The notes beneath the pieces were generated by a model. It was not told the origin of the DNA and searched no databases. It worked only from the letters and a program-made list of their open reading frames with translations. 64,000 bases of DNA from an uncultured Bacteroidales bacterium. Its GTDB lineage: Bacteria; Bacteroidota; Bacteroidia; Bacteroidales; JAGOPY01. The stretch covers positions 120,015 to 184,014 of the forward strand of contig CAZAZE010000007.1 of the NCBI GenBank assembly GCA_964489545.1, written 5' to 3'. Shown in pieces: positions 26,751 to 35,804 of this stretch. Both the position numbers and the translations under genes were made by a program. The first letter of the stretch is position 1. The number at the start of each line of letters is the position of its first letter.

Positions 26751-28094
26751 TTATGTACGGACGTATTTTACAGCCAGCGCCCTGCGCGTTTTCACCGTGA
26801 TCTTATAGCGTTCGTCGGGCCGCATCCCGACAATCCAGACGATATCGCCACCAGAGCATAGAAGCCAGACCTGCTCTTTCTCAAATCGTGAAAATTTCAG
26901 GTCGGTAAAGAAGTCGCTGAGCTTTTTTCTTCCCTTCATTCCAAGAGGAATAAAACTATCGCCCCGTTTCCAACGGCGCAGGGATAATGGAAAGGAGAGC
27001 AGGTCCATATCCAGGAGTGCCTCATCTTTGTCCACAGGGATTGCGAAGGGCCCCTGTGCCATGACCTCCAGTTCCAGGCGAACCGGAATGTTGACGGTTC
27101 TTACCCCTTCGGGAATGAACGTGGGTGTTTCTTTTGCATGCGCTCCGGTTTCCGGATCGACGGGCCGGATGTAGATATGATCCCGGTCAATCAGCAGCTG
27201 ATGGGTGCCGGAATAAAAAAGGCGGCCTGATCCTGAATCCAGCGTGCCGGCAATGTCGGCAACAACAGAGCGGTTGAACCCGAAGCCGGAGATCATTTCA
27301 TAGAGCCATGTAGCCAAAGGCATGCGTTCTTTCAGGTCCTTGATCGGGATCCGGAATCCCACATCGCCGTCATTCAGGAGTAATTTCCGCCTTCCTTCCT
27401 CCAGCGCATTGCGGTAAATGGCTTCCGCGTCCCGGATCCGACGGATGGTCTCATGGATTTCCCGGCCGAACGAGGGGTTGATCCTTTGCAATTCCGGGAT
27501 CACCCGCCACCGGATGCGGTTGCGCACGTATTTCAGGCTTTTATTGGACGAATCCTCACGGAACTGAAGGCGTTGTTCCTCCACCAGCCGGCTGATGCCG
27601 GCCCGGCCGGTGAACATCAGGGGCCGGATAACGCGTCCGTTGCGGGAACGGATCCCGTGGAGCCCGGCGATACCTGTCCCCCTGGCCAGGTTGATCAGGA
27701 AGGTTTCCGTTTCATCATCCTTGTGGTGGGCCGTCGCGACGCTGGTGTACCCGTGTTCATCCAGCAGAGATTCAAACCATTCATACCGGAGGTTTCGCGC
27801 CGCCACCTGGATTGGCAGTTTCCGGCTTCGGGCATATTCCGCGGTTTCAAAACGCCTGGAAAAGAATGGCACGCCGAAATTCCCGGAAAGCAGGCGGACA
27901 AATTCCTCATCCGCCATTGATTCTTCACCCCGCAACATAAAATTGGCATGACAGATGGCAAATTCAAGGCCGGCCTTTTGAAAAAGCCAGGCCATCGCCA
28001 CCGAGTCCATTCCCCCGCTGACGGCGAGCAAGGTCCTGTCGCCGGGCCGGACCAGGTTCTCTTTGGAGATATATCCGGTGAATTCCTGAAGCAT
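26751..28094 (-). CDS. tilS: tRNA(Ile)-lysidine synthetase
   Basis: PP-loop LLAVSGGMDSVA, 447 aa, with a C-terminal TilS substrate-binding region. Confidence 0.9.
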   Translation of the reverse strand: MLQEFTGYISKENLVRPGDRTLLAVSGGMDSVAMAWLFQKAGLEFAICHANFMLRGEESMADEEFVRLLSGNFGVPFFSRRFETAEYARSRKLPIQVAARNLRYEWFESLLDEHGYTSVATAHHKDDETETFLINLARGTGIAGLHGIRSRNGRVIRPLMFTGRAGISRLVEEQRLQFREDSSNKSLKYVRNRIRWRVIPELQRINPSFGREIHETIRRIRDAEAIYRNALEEGRRKLLLNDGDVGFRIPIKDLKERMPLATWLYEMISGFGFNRSVVADIAGTLDSGSGRLFYSGTHQLLIDRDHIYIRPVDPETGAHAKETPTFIPEGVRTVNIPVRLELEVMAQGPFAIPVDKDEALLDMDLLSFPLSLRRWKRGDSFIPLGMKGRKKLSDFFTDLKFSRFEKEQVWLLCSGGDIVWIVGMRPDERYKITVKTRRALAVKYVRT

Positions 28095-28099
28095 CCGTG

Positions 28100-28107
28100 C
28101 AAAGGTA
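28100..28107 (-). promoter_or_regulatory. -7 promoter box TACCTTTG only 5 nt upstream of the tilS ATG
   Basis: The minus strand reads TTG TACCTTTG CACGG ATG. Confidence 0.4.
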
Positions 28108-28164
28108 CAACACGGAGACGATGAAAGGAAATGATGTGGAAGCTATTCTACCCCGCAAGGCGGA

Positions 28165-29196
28165 TTAAAGATCAAGGACATTACCCGAATTCAGCAGATC
28201 GTCCATGTTCCGGATCCTGGACTTCCGGCGCGCTTCGGCGATCTGTTCCGTGTAAAGTTTGTCGTAAGGCTCCATGCAATCGCAGGAACGGATGACGCCC
28301 ATTGCCACAGGAAAATCGGGAAGACCCATCTTGATCAGGAGATAGTGGGTGATATCGTGGGGATTGGTCGGGTCATGGACCAGGATGTCGTCAAGGGTCA
28401 CGCCGTCCTGTCCCAGGGTAACCACCTCGAGGTGGTTGTTCCGGAGGACAAGTCCTTTGTTCATGTCTTTTCCGAACAGCATGGGTTTTCCGGCCTGCAG
28501 ATAGATCTGGTGGTCGTCGCGTGTTTCTTTATTGGTGATGGCGGCATGGATCTGGTTGTTGAAGATTACGCAGTTCTGCAACACTTCCACCACCGAGGTC
28601 CCTTTATGCAGCGCAGCCGCTTTCATGATCTCGCGCAGCATTTTAGGCTCGGTGTCGACCGCCCGGGCGAAGAAAGTACCCTGGGCGCCCATGACCAGTT
28701 CGCCGGGCGTGAACGGGTTCTCAATCACGCCATCGGGAGAACTCTTGGTGACCAGTCCCTTCGGGGAAGTCGGGGAATATTGCCCTTTCGTCAGGCCATA
28801 GATCTTGTTGTTGAATATGACAATATTCATGTCGATGTTGCGGCGGACGGTATGAATGAAGTGATTGCCGCCAATGGCCATGCTGTCGCCGTCGCCGGTG
28901 ATGTGCCACACCTGGAGATCCGGGTTGGCAATTTTTATCCCTGAGGCGATGGCGGCGCCCCGGCCATGCAGTCCGTGGAATCCATAGGTGTTGATATAAT
29001 AAGGAAACCTGGAGGAACACCCGATCCCCGAAACAAAAACAACATCTTCTTTTCGTCCGCCAAGCTCAACCAGGACGGTCTGAATGGCACTCAGTATGGC
29101 GTAATCGCCGCAACCCGCGCACCATTTAACCGGTCCCGGAGATTTAAAATCATCTTTTGTCAGGGTAGTCAAAGGCTGAGTTTCAATCGTGCTCAT
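28165..29196 (-). CDS. korB: 2-oxoacid (2-oxoglutarate):ferredoxin oxidoreductase beta subunit
   Basis: TPP-binding ITGDGDSMAIGGNHF...NNKIYGLTKGQ, an N-terminal WCAGCGD, 343 aa. Confidence 0.85.
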   Translation of the reverse strand: MSTIETQPLTTLTKDDFKSPGPVKWCAGCGDYAILSAIQTVLVELGGRKEDVVFVSGIGCSSRFPYYINTYGFHGLHGRGAAIASGIKIANPDLQVWHITGDGDSMAIGGNHFIHTVRRNIDMNIVIFNNKIYGLTKGQYSPTSPKGLVTKSSPDGVIENPFTPGELVMGAQGTFFARAVDTEPKMLREIMKAAALHKGTSVVEVLQNCVIFNNQIHAAITNKETRDDHQIYLQAGKPMLFGKDMNKGLVLRNNHLEVVTLGQDGVTLDDILVHDPTNPHDITHYLLIKMGLPDFPVAMGVIRSCDCMEPYDKLYTEQIAEARRKSRIRNMDDLLNSGNVLDL

Positions 29197-29197
29197 A

Positions 29198-31048
29198 TTA
29201 CTTCACTTTCAGGGTTTCTTTAAATTTCGTGGTCAGTTCATTGATGAGGAAAGGCAGCCCCTGCACCTTATGAAATGTTTCGTATTCAAACTGCGGGAAG
29301 CGGGCCCTCAGCCAGTATATAAACTGGCCATTGTTCAACTCGCATACGATTATTTTTTTGAACCCGCTGAGCACTTCCTCGGTGTTTTTAGGCATAGGGT
29401 AGATATGGTGGAAATGAGCGAGGCTGATGGGATGACCTTCCGATTGAAGTTCTTTCACGGCGGAGACCATGTGTCCATAGGTGCCACCCCAACCGACCAC
29501 GAGCAATTCGCCGGTCCTTTCCCCAAATACTTCCAGCTCAGGAATTACATTGGCGATCCGGTAAACTTTTTCCTGCCTGAGGGCGACCATCTTCTGGTGG
29601 TTAAGGGGATCATGGGAGACTGTTCCGATGCCATCTTCCTTTTCCAGTCCGCCGATCCGGTGACGCAGGCCTTCCTGTCCGGGAACCGCCCATGGGCGGG
29701 CGAGGGTTTCGGGGTCTCTCTTGTAGGGCAGGTAATCCGGGTCATTGTCTTTGACAAGCAGTGGCGTAATGGCAGGGAGATCGGCCATTTTCGGCACCTT
29801 CCAGAGTTCGGAACCATTGGCGAGGTACCCGTCGGTCAGCAGGATGACGGGCACCATATGTTCGACAGCAATTTTAGCGGCCTGAAAGGCATAGTAGAAA
29901 CAATTTCCGGGCGTGCTGGCAGCCATGACCACCACCGGGCTTTCCCCGTTGCGGCCGAACAGCGCCTGCATCAGGTCAGACTGTTCCGGCTTGGTGGGCA
30001 GACCCGTGGAGGGACCGCCGCGCTGCACGTCAATAATGACCAATGGCAGTTCGGTGATCACCGCCAGGCCGATGGCTTCGCTTTTCAGGGCAAGGCCGGG
30101 GCCGGATGTGGAAGTGGCGGCAAGCTTTCCGGCAAATGCGGCGCCGATGGCGCTGTTGATCCCGGCGATCTCATCTTCCGCCTGCAGTGTTTTCACCCCC
30201 AAATGTTTCAGATGAGCCAGCTCCTGCAGGATCTCTGTCGCCGGGGTGATGGGGTAAGATCCCAGGAAAAGCTCCAGCCCCGCTTTCTCCGCGGCGGCGA
30301 CCAGCCCCCAGGCGGCGGCGACATTCCCGTTGATGCTCCGGTAACGCCCCTTTACATCCGCGCTCGGCTTGATGCGGTAAGTAACATCGAATTCCTGGAG
30401 GTTCTCTGCAAAATGATATCCCGCCTGGAGTACCGCCTTGTTGGCTGCAGCAAGGAGCTCCTTCCGGGCAAATTTTTCCTCGAGGAACTTAGCGCCCAAA
30501 TCTATCTTCTTGTGGAACATGAAATACAGGATGCCCAGCGCGAACTGGTTCTTGGTCCTGTCGGCCGATTTGGCGTCCAGGCCTATCTGAAGGCAGGTGG
30601 TGCGGCTCAGGCTGGTAATGGGGGCCTTGACCACTTTGTAGCCGTCGAGCGTGCCGTCCTCCAGCGGATTGGTCTCGTATCCCGCCTTGATGATGTCTTT
30701 TTCATCAAAACTATCCACATCAACAATGATCATTGCGCCCGGTTTGACCCACTTCATGTTGACTTTAAGGGCGGCCGGATTGAGCGCGATCAGAACGTCG
30801 GCCAGGTCTCCCGGAGTCTCCACCTTGATGTGGCCGAAGTGCAGCTGAAAACCGGATACGCCGGCCACTGTCCCCTGCGGGGCGCGGATTTCGGCCGGGT
30901 AATCGGGAAAAGTGGCCAGGTCATGTCCTTCTATTGCCGTCGTATCGGAAAACTGGGATCCGCTTAACTGCATACCGTCGCCGGAATCTCCCGCCAGTTT
31001 TACCACCACATGCTCCAGTTCGATGATCTGGTGATTCTTGTTCTCCAT
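29198..31048 (-). CDS. korA: 2-oxoacid (2-oxoglutarate):ferredoxin oxidoreductase alpha subunit (fused gamma-alpha type)
   Basis: 616 aa from the ATG at 31048 (MENKNHQ). GSYPITPATEIL motif. Its stop is 1 nt from the korB start. Confidence 0.85.
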   Translation of the reverse strand: MENKNHQIIELEHVVVKLAGDSGDGMQLSGSQFSDTTAIEGHDLATFPDYPAEIRAPQGTVAGVSGFQLHFGHIKVETPGDLADVLIALNPAALKVNMKWVKPGAMIIVDVDSFDEKDIIKAGYETNPLEDGTLDGYKVVKAPITSLSRTTCLQIGLDAKSADRTKNQFALGILYFMFHKKIDLGAKFLEEKFARKELLAAANKAVLQAGYHFAENLQEFDVTYRIKPSADVKGRYRSINGNVAAAWGLVAAAEKAGLELFLGSYPITPATEILQELAHLKHLGVKTLQAEDEIAGINSAIGAAFAGKLAATSTSGPGLALKSEAIGLAVITELPLVIIDVQRGGPSTGLPTKPEQSDLMQALFGRNGESPVVVMAASTPGNCFYYAFQAAKIAVEHMVPVILLTDGYLANGSELWKVPKMADLPAITPLLVKDNDPDYLPYKRDPETLARPWAVPGQEGLRHRIGGLEKEDGIGTVSHDPLNHQKMVALRQEKVYRIANVIPELEVFGERTGELLVVGWGGTYGHMVSAVKELQSEGHPISLAHFHHIYPMPKNTEEVLSGFKKIIVCELNNGQFIYWLRARFPQFEYETFHKVQGLPFLINELTTKFKETLKVK

Positions 31049-31070
31049 CTTCTTCAATATTAAAATCACG

Positions 31071-31078
31071 CAAAATTA
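31071..31078 (-). promoter_or_regulatory. -7 promoter box TAATTTTG (minus strand) for korAB
   Basis: The reverse complement of CAAAATTA lies 23 nt upstream of the ATG at 31048. Confidence 0.4.
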
Positions 31079-31143
31079 CATGATTTAAATGACCGCTCCT
31101 CATCATTTCCAATTAATTTGCGGCGACAAAAATTCTATATTTC

Positions 31144-31170
31144 ATAATAAATTGATATTCTATTTATTAT
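31144..31170. promoter_or_regulatory. 9-bp inverted repeat ATAATAAAT-N9-ATTTATTAT in the korA/fdx divergent spacer
   Basis: Perfect arms at 31144-31152 and 31162-31170. The AT-rich context lowers significance. Confidence 0.25.
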
Positions 31171-31321
31171 ATTGTGAAAATGTTAACAGTTAAACTCCGG
31201 GTCACGGATATAACAAACTGGTTGCAAGGAATTTCATGAGGCTTACCGGCGGCGAATTATTTAGACACCGTATAAATTTTACTTCCCGGCCTTAATTTTA
31301 GGGGAATAACAATGAAATAAG

Positions 31322-31329
31322 TACTTTTG
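31322..31329 (+). promoter_or_regulatory. -7 promoter box TACTTTTG for the ferredoxin gene
   Basis: TAnnTTTG match 43 nt upstream of the ATG at 31372. Confidence 0.45.
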
Positions 31330-31371
31330 CAACAGCGCATCAAAACATTAACATTTTAAATCTTTTTTGAT

Positions 31372-31539
31372 ATGGCTTATAAAATTACTGATGATTGTAC
31401 TGCCTGCGGCACCTGCATAGATGAGTGCCCGGTTGAAGCTATCTCCGAAGGTGATATCTATGTGATTGATCCGGATATCTGCACCGACTGCGGTTCGTGC
31501 GCCGATGTCTGCCCGGTAGACGCTATTGAACCGGCATAA
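31372..31539 (+). CDS. fdx: 2x[4Fe-4S] clostridial-type ferredoxin, 55 aa (below the ORF-track length cut-off)
   Basis: My own translation is MAYKITDDCTACGTCIDECPVEAISEGDIYVIDPDICTDCGSCADVCPVDAIEPA*. It has two CxxCxxCxxxCP motifs, its own promoter box and a terminator. Confidence 0.88.
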   Translation: MAYKITDDCTACGTCIDECPVEAISEGDIYVIDPDICTDCGSCADVCPVDAIEPA

Positions 31540-31560
31540 TCCAACCACCGGTTTTAAGGA

Positions 31561-31589
31561 AGGCTGCCCGCAAAAGGCAGCCTTTTTTA
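31561..31589 (+). terminator. Rho-independent terminator after the ferredoxin gene
   Basis: AGGCTGCC / GGCAGCCT 8-bp stem with a 7-nt loop, followed by TTTTTT. Confidence 0.75.
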
Positions 31590-31604
31590 TTGATTCTCAT
31601 TTTG

Positions 31605-31612
31605 TATCTTTG
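31605..31612 (+). promoter_or_regulatory. -7 promoter box TATCTTTG for sucA
   Basis: Exact TATCTTTG 27 nt upstream of the ATG at 31639. Confidence 0.45.
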
Positions 31613-31638
31613 CGGTGGTCATTGTAACCATCAGCTAT

Positions 31639-34494
31639 ATGGACAGATTTTCATATCTCCATGCGGCCGATCCGGCATACGTGGAGGAACTCTATAAGAA
31701 ATTCCTGGAAGATCCCGAATCCGTTGACGACGCCTGGCGGCAGTTTTTCGACGGGTTCGAATTCGCCCGCAAGCTATACCCCGCAAAAACCTCTGCCCCG
31801 GTTTCAGAATATCCCCGGGAGTTTAAGGTGATCAACCTCATCAACGCATATCGCCAGCGGGGGCATCTGTTCACCAAAACCAACCCGGTGCGGACCCGCA
31901 GGAAGTACACCCCCACGCTGGACCTGGAAAACTTCGGCCTCACCTCAGGTGACCTTGTACAATCCTTCGAAGCGGGGCACGAGATCGGCATTGGCAAAGC
32001 AACGCTGAAAGAGATCCTGGATCATTTGCAGCAGACCTACTGCCAGTCGGTGGGCGCTGAATTCTTCTACATCCGCAATCCGGAAATCCGGCAATGGCTG
32101 CAAACCAGGATGGAGAAATCCGGGAACACATACCCGTTCACGCCCCAAGACCGCAGGTTTATCCACCGCAACCTGGCCCGGGCCGTTCTTTTTGAAAAGT
32201 TCGTACATAAGAAATTCCCCGGACAGAAACGCTTTTCGCTGGAGGGGGCCGAAACGCTGATCCCCGCATTGGATGCGATCATGGAAAAGGGCGCCGCGCT
32301 GGGCACCGAGGAATTCGTCATCGGGATGCCGCACCGGGGCAGGCTGAACGTGCTGGCCAATTTTCTTAAAAAACCATACTCCAGGATCTTCAGTGAATTC
32401 AGGGGAATGAAATATGATGATGAAACCCTGCTGGGCGACGTTAAATATCACCTCGGCTTTACCGTGGAGCGGACCGCCACCAACGGGAAGAAAATCAAAA
32501 TGACCCTTTCGCCCAATCCTTCCCACCTGGAAGCCGTTGACCCGATCGTGGAAGGGATCGTCAGGGCCCGGGTCGACCTCGAATATAAGGGCGATTTTAA
32601 CAAGGTCGTACCCATTCTCATTCATGGCGACGCCTCGATCGCCGGGCAGGGTGTAGTCTATGAGGTGATCCAGATGTCGCAGCTTCCGGGTTATAAAACC
32701 GGGGGTACGGTCCATGTGGTCGTCAACAACCAGATCGGATTCACCACCAATTACCTCGACGCCCGATCCAGCACCTATTGCACCGACGTGGCCAAGGTGG
32801 TCCAGTCGCCCGTATTCCATGTGAACGGCGACGATGTGGAAGCCCTGGTCGCCACGATCCAGTTCGCCATGGAGTTCCGCGCCCGTTTTCAGCGCGACGT
32901 ATTCATCGACATCCTCTGCTACCGCAAATGGGGCCATAATGAGGGCGACGAACCCAGGTTCACCCAGCCGGTACTGTACAAACTGATCGAAAAACACCCC
33001 GATCCCCTGGAAATTTACAAACAACATCTGGCCGAAACGGGATTATTCGAACCGGGATATTTTAAAGAGGTGGAAGACAGATTCCTTGACCAGCTCGACA
33101 AAAGCCTGGAGGAGTCGAAAAAGATAGAAAAGGCGCACATCACTTCATTCCTGGATGAAACCTGGAAAGGAATCCGCAAAGCGCATCCTCAGGACTTCGA
33201 TGCATCCCCCGACACCTCCGTGGGCCCCGATCTGCTCAAGGCCATTGGCCGCCGGATCGCCCATGTGCCACCGGGAGAGAACTTTTTCCGGAAGCTGGTC
33301 AAACTCCAGGAATCCCGGTTTGAAATGGTTGAAAAGAGTGAAATGCTGGACTGGGCCATGGGAGAACTGCTGGCATACGGTACCCTGCTGGAGGAAGGCT
33401 TCCCGGTCCGGATCAGTGGCCAGGACTCCATCCGCGGTACGTTCTCCCACCGGCATGCCTCGCTGAAGATCGAAGACTCTGAAAAAGAATATTTTCCCCT
33501 GAACCACCTGAGCGACAAACAGGCCCGCTTTGAGATTTACAATTCATCTCTTTCTGAATATGGCGTCCTGGGCTTTGAGTACGGCTATTCCCTCGCCTCT
33601 CCCACCACCCTGACAATCTGGGAGGCGCAGTTCGGCGATTTCGCCAACGGTGCCCAGATCATCTTTGACCAGTTCATCAGCAGCGCCGAAGACAAATGGA
33701 ATGTGATGAACGACCTGGTGGTGCTTCTGCCGCATGGTTATGAAGGCCAGGGACCGGAGCACTCCAGCGCCCGCATTGAACGTTTCCTCATTCTCAGCGC
33801 GGAATACAATATGCAGGTATGCAACGTGACCACACCGGCCAATATGTTTCACCTGATCAGAAGACAACTGCACCGGGAAATCCGCAAGCCGCTCATTGTG
33901 TTCACGCCCAAGAGCCTGCTGCGGCATGCCCGCTGCGTTTCGCCCCTTACAGATTTCACCACCGGAGGTTTCCGGGAGGTTATCGATGATCCGGTAGCGA
34001 AGCCCGCTCAAGTGAAAAAGCTGGTGTTCTGCACCGGTAAGGTGTATTACGACCTGCTGGAGGAAAAAGAAAAGATCAAAGCCGATCATACGGCCCTGGT
34101 CCGCATCGAACAGCTCCATCCCTTTCCGGCGAAGCAAATCGGTAAGATCCTGGAGCGGTATCCAAAAGCCACCGACTGGATCTGGACCCAGGAAGAACCC
34201 GCCAATATGGGCGCCTGGAACTTCATCCGGACCAACCTGGAAGCGGTGCCCCTGAGGCTGGTCGCCCGGCCGGCGAGCGGCAGCCCCGCAACGGGATCGC
34301 CCGAATTCCACGAGATCAGGCAGCGTAAGATCATCGAAAAGACCTTTGGCAGCTGCAACTGCCCGAAAGTCGCAGAAGAATGCCGGATGATCTGCATCGG
34401 CAACCGCTGGAAAACCTTCGAAGATCACATACTGAACAAGGGTGAGCACATCACCAGCAAATCCGTTTCCGCAATACACAAACTGGAAAGTTAA
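31639..34494 (+). CDS. sucA: 2-oxoglutarate dehydrogenase E1 component
   Basis: N-terminus MDRFSYLHAADPAYVEELY. TPP-binding region GDASIAGQGVVYE. ~950 aa. Confidence 0.92.
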   Translation: MDRFSYLHAADPAYVEELYKKFLEDPESVDDAWRQFFDGFEFARKLYPAKTSAPVSEYPREFKVINLINAYRQRGHLFTKTNPVRTRRKYTPTLDLENFGLTSGDLVQSFEAGHEIGIGKATLKEILDHLQQTYCQSVGAEFFYIRNPEIRQWLQTRMEKSGNTYPFTPQDRRFIHRNLARAVLFEKFVHKKFPGQKRFSLEGAETLIPALDAIMEKGAALGTEEFVIGMPHRGRLNVLANFLKKPYSRIFSEFRGMKYDDETLLGDVKYHLGFTVERTATNGKKIKMTLSPNPSHLEAVDPIVEGIVRARVDLEYKGDFNKVVPILIHGDASIAGQGVVYEVIQMSQLPGYKTGGTVHVVVNNQIGFTTNYLDARSSTYCTDVAKVVQSPVFHVNGDDVEALVATIQFAMEFRARFQRDVFIDILCYRKWGHNEGDEPRFTQPVLYKLIEKHPDPLEIYKQHLAETGLFEPGYFKEVEDRFLDQLDKSLEESKKIEKAHITSFLDETWKGIRKAHPQDFDASPDTSVGPDLLKAIGRRIAHVPPGENFFRKLVKLQESRFEMVEKSEMLDWAMGELLAYGTLLEEGFPVRISGQDSIRGTFSHRHASLKIEDSEKEYFPLNHLSDKQARFEIYNSSLSEYGVLGFEYGYSLASPTTLTIWEAQFGDFANGAQIIFDQFISSAEDKWNVMNDLVVLLPHGYEGQGPEHSSARIERFLILSAEYNMQVCNVTTPANMFHLIRRQLHREIRKPLIVFTPKSLLRHARCVSPLTDFTTGGFREVIDDPVAKPAQVKKLVFCTGKVYYDLLEEKEKIKADHTALVRIEQLHPFPAKQIGKILERYPKATDWIWTQEEPANMGAWNFIRTNLEAVPLRLVARPASGSPATGSPEFHEIRQRKIIEKTFGSCNCPKVAEECRMICIGNRWKTFEDHILNKGEHITSKSVSAIHKLES

Positions 34495-34506
34495 ACCGTA
34501 ACCGAT

Positions 34507-35799
34507 ATGGTGATTGAAATAAAAGTCCCCAGCCCGGGTGAGTCGATCAGTGAGGTGCAACTGGCCAACTGGCTGGTCAGCGACGGCGATTACGTCAGCA
34601 AAGACCAGGATCTGGCCGAAATTGACTCCGACAAAGCAACCCTGAGCGTCAGCGCGGCGCAGGCCGGCAAGATCAGCCTGCTGGTTCAGGCAGGCGCAAC
34701 CATCGAAGTGGGCTCGGTCATTGCCCGCATAGATACCGATGCGGCGCCCGCGGAAAAACCGGCATCCACCCCGGTGAAAGAAGAGCCGCGGCCCGAAGCG
34801 GTTCCGCAAAAAACCGCAACGGAACCGCAACCTGCCGCTGCAGCGCAACCCGCTGAAGTCAAGGCCCCGGCGGAAACCCTGCAACAAGTCCATCTTTCAC
34901 CCCTTGCACGCCGGATCCTGGAAGCCAATGCCATGACCGAGAAGGAGTTCATAGATATGATCATGCGGTTCCGTTTCGGGAAAAAAGACGTTCAGTTTGT
35001 ACTCAGCGGGCAGCACGGCACGGCAGGGGCAGCAACGGAACCGGCGGAAGACGGCTGGGCCGGCGGCCGTGGCACCGAACGAAAAAAAATGACCACCCTC
35101 CGGCTGAAATTGTCGGAACGACTTGTCGCCGTGAAAAATGAAACGGCCATGCTCACGACGTTCAACGAAGTGAACATGACCCCGATCATGAACCTCAGGC
35201 AGCAATATAAAGACATCTTCAAGGAAAAGTTCGGCGTTTCGCTCGGATTCATGTCCTTTTTCACCAAAGCCATCACCGTGGCCCTGCGGGAATTTCCCCA
35301 GGTGAATGCGCAGATCGACGGGGATGAGATCGTCTATCATCAGTATGCCGACATCGGCATCGCGGTCAGCACGCCCAAGGGTTTGATGGTTCCGGTCCTG
35401 CGCAACACGGAACAAATGTCGCTGGCGGATATTGAACGGAAAATCAAGGAACTGGCTATAAAAGCGCGCGACGGCAAGATCACCCTGGATGAGATGAAGG
35501 GCGGGACCTTTACCATCACCAACGGGGGCGTATTCGGATCCATGCTGTCGACGCCCATTATCAACCCGCCGCAAAGCGCGATCCTGGGCATGCACAACAT
35601 CGTGGAGCGGCCCATTGCGGTTGACGGCCGGGTGGAAATCCATCCCATCATGTACGTTGCGCTCTCGTATGATCACCGGATCATCGACGGCCGCGAGTCG
35701 GTCAGTTTCCTGGTCCGGGTGAAAGAAATGCTGGAAAATCCGGCCAGGATGATGTTCGGGGGCAAAGATCCGGGTGCGGCATTACTCGGCTTAATGTGA
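34507..35799 (+). CDS. sucB: Dihydrolipoyllysine-residue succinyltransferase (E2o)
   Basis: Lipoyl domain with [11 protein letters not shown], an Ala/Pro linker, a PSBD-like [10 protein letters not shown] and a catalytic domain with SYDHRIIDG. Confidence 0.9.
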   Translation: MVIEIKVPSPGESISEVQLANWLVSDGDYVSKDQDLAEIDSDKATLSVSAAQAGKISLLVQAGATIEVGSVIARIDTDAAPAEKPASTPVKEEPRPEAVPQKTATEPQPAAAAQPAEVKAPAETLQQVHLSPLARRILEANAMTEKEFIDMIMRFRFGKKDVQFVLSGQHGTAGAATEPAEDGWAGGRGTERKKMTTLRLKLSERLVAVKNETAMLTTFNEVNMTPIMNLRQQYKDIFKEKFGVSLGFMSFFTKAITVALREFPQVNAQIDGDEIVYHQYADIGIAVSTPKGLMVPVLRNTEQMSLADIERKIKELAIKARDGKITLDEMKGGTFTITNGGVFGSMLSTPIINPPQSAILGMHNIVERPIAVDGRVEIHPIMYVALSYDHRIIDGRESVSFLVRVKEMLENPARMMFGGKDPGAALLGLM

Positions 35800-35804
35800 T
35801 ATCC

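Noticed and set aside
29189-30967. A 592-aa ORF on the plus strand, the longest unexplained ORF in the track
   Set aside because: It lies entirely antisense to korA, whose product has clear family motifs. The translation is Gly/Arg/His/Asp/Phe-rich with no recognisable motif or TM/signal pattern. It is the typical stop-poor shadow frame of GC-rich third-position coding sequence.
31348-31548. The listed 66-aa minus-strand ORF
   Set aside because: It is the mirror of the true plus-strand ferredoxin gene, which has two CxxCxxCxxxCP motifs, a promoter box and a terminator on the plus strand.
31945-33027. A 360-aa minus-strand ORF
   Set aside because: It is antisense to sucA. This is a shadow frame.
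33544-34893. A 449-aa minus-strand ORF spanning the sucA/sucB junction
   Set aside because: It is antisense to two well-supported genes and crosses their intergenic spacer. Its composition is low-complexity and Arg/Gly-rich. This is a shadow ORF.
34920-35100. A suspected frameshift or sequencing error in sucB, because the E3-binding segment is atypical and is flanked by A6 and A8 homopolymers
   Set aside because: At least one alternative reading frame across the segment hits a stop codon almost at once (for example CCA TGA). The listed frame continues smoothly into the catalytic domain. I treat it as genuine divergence.
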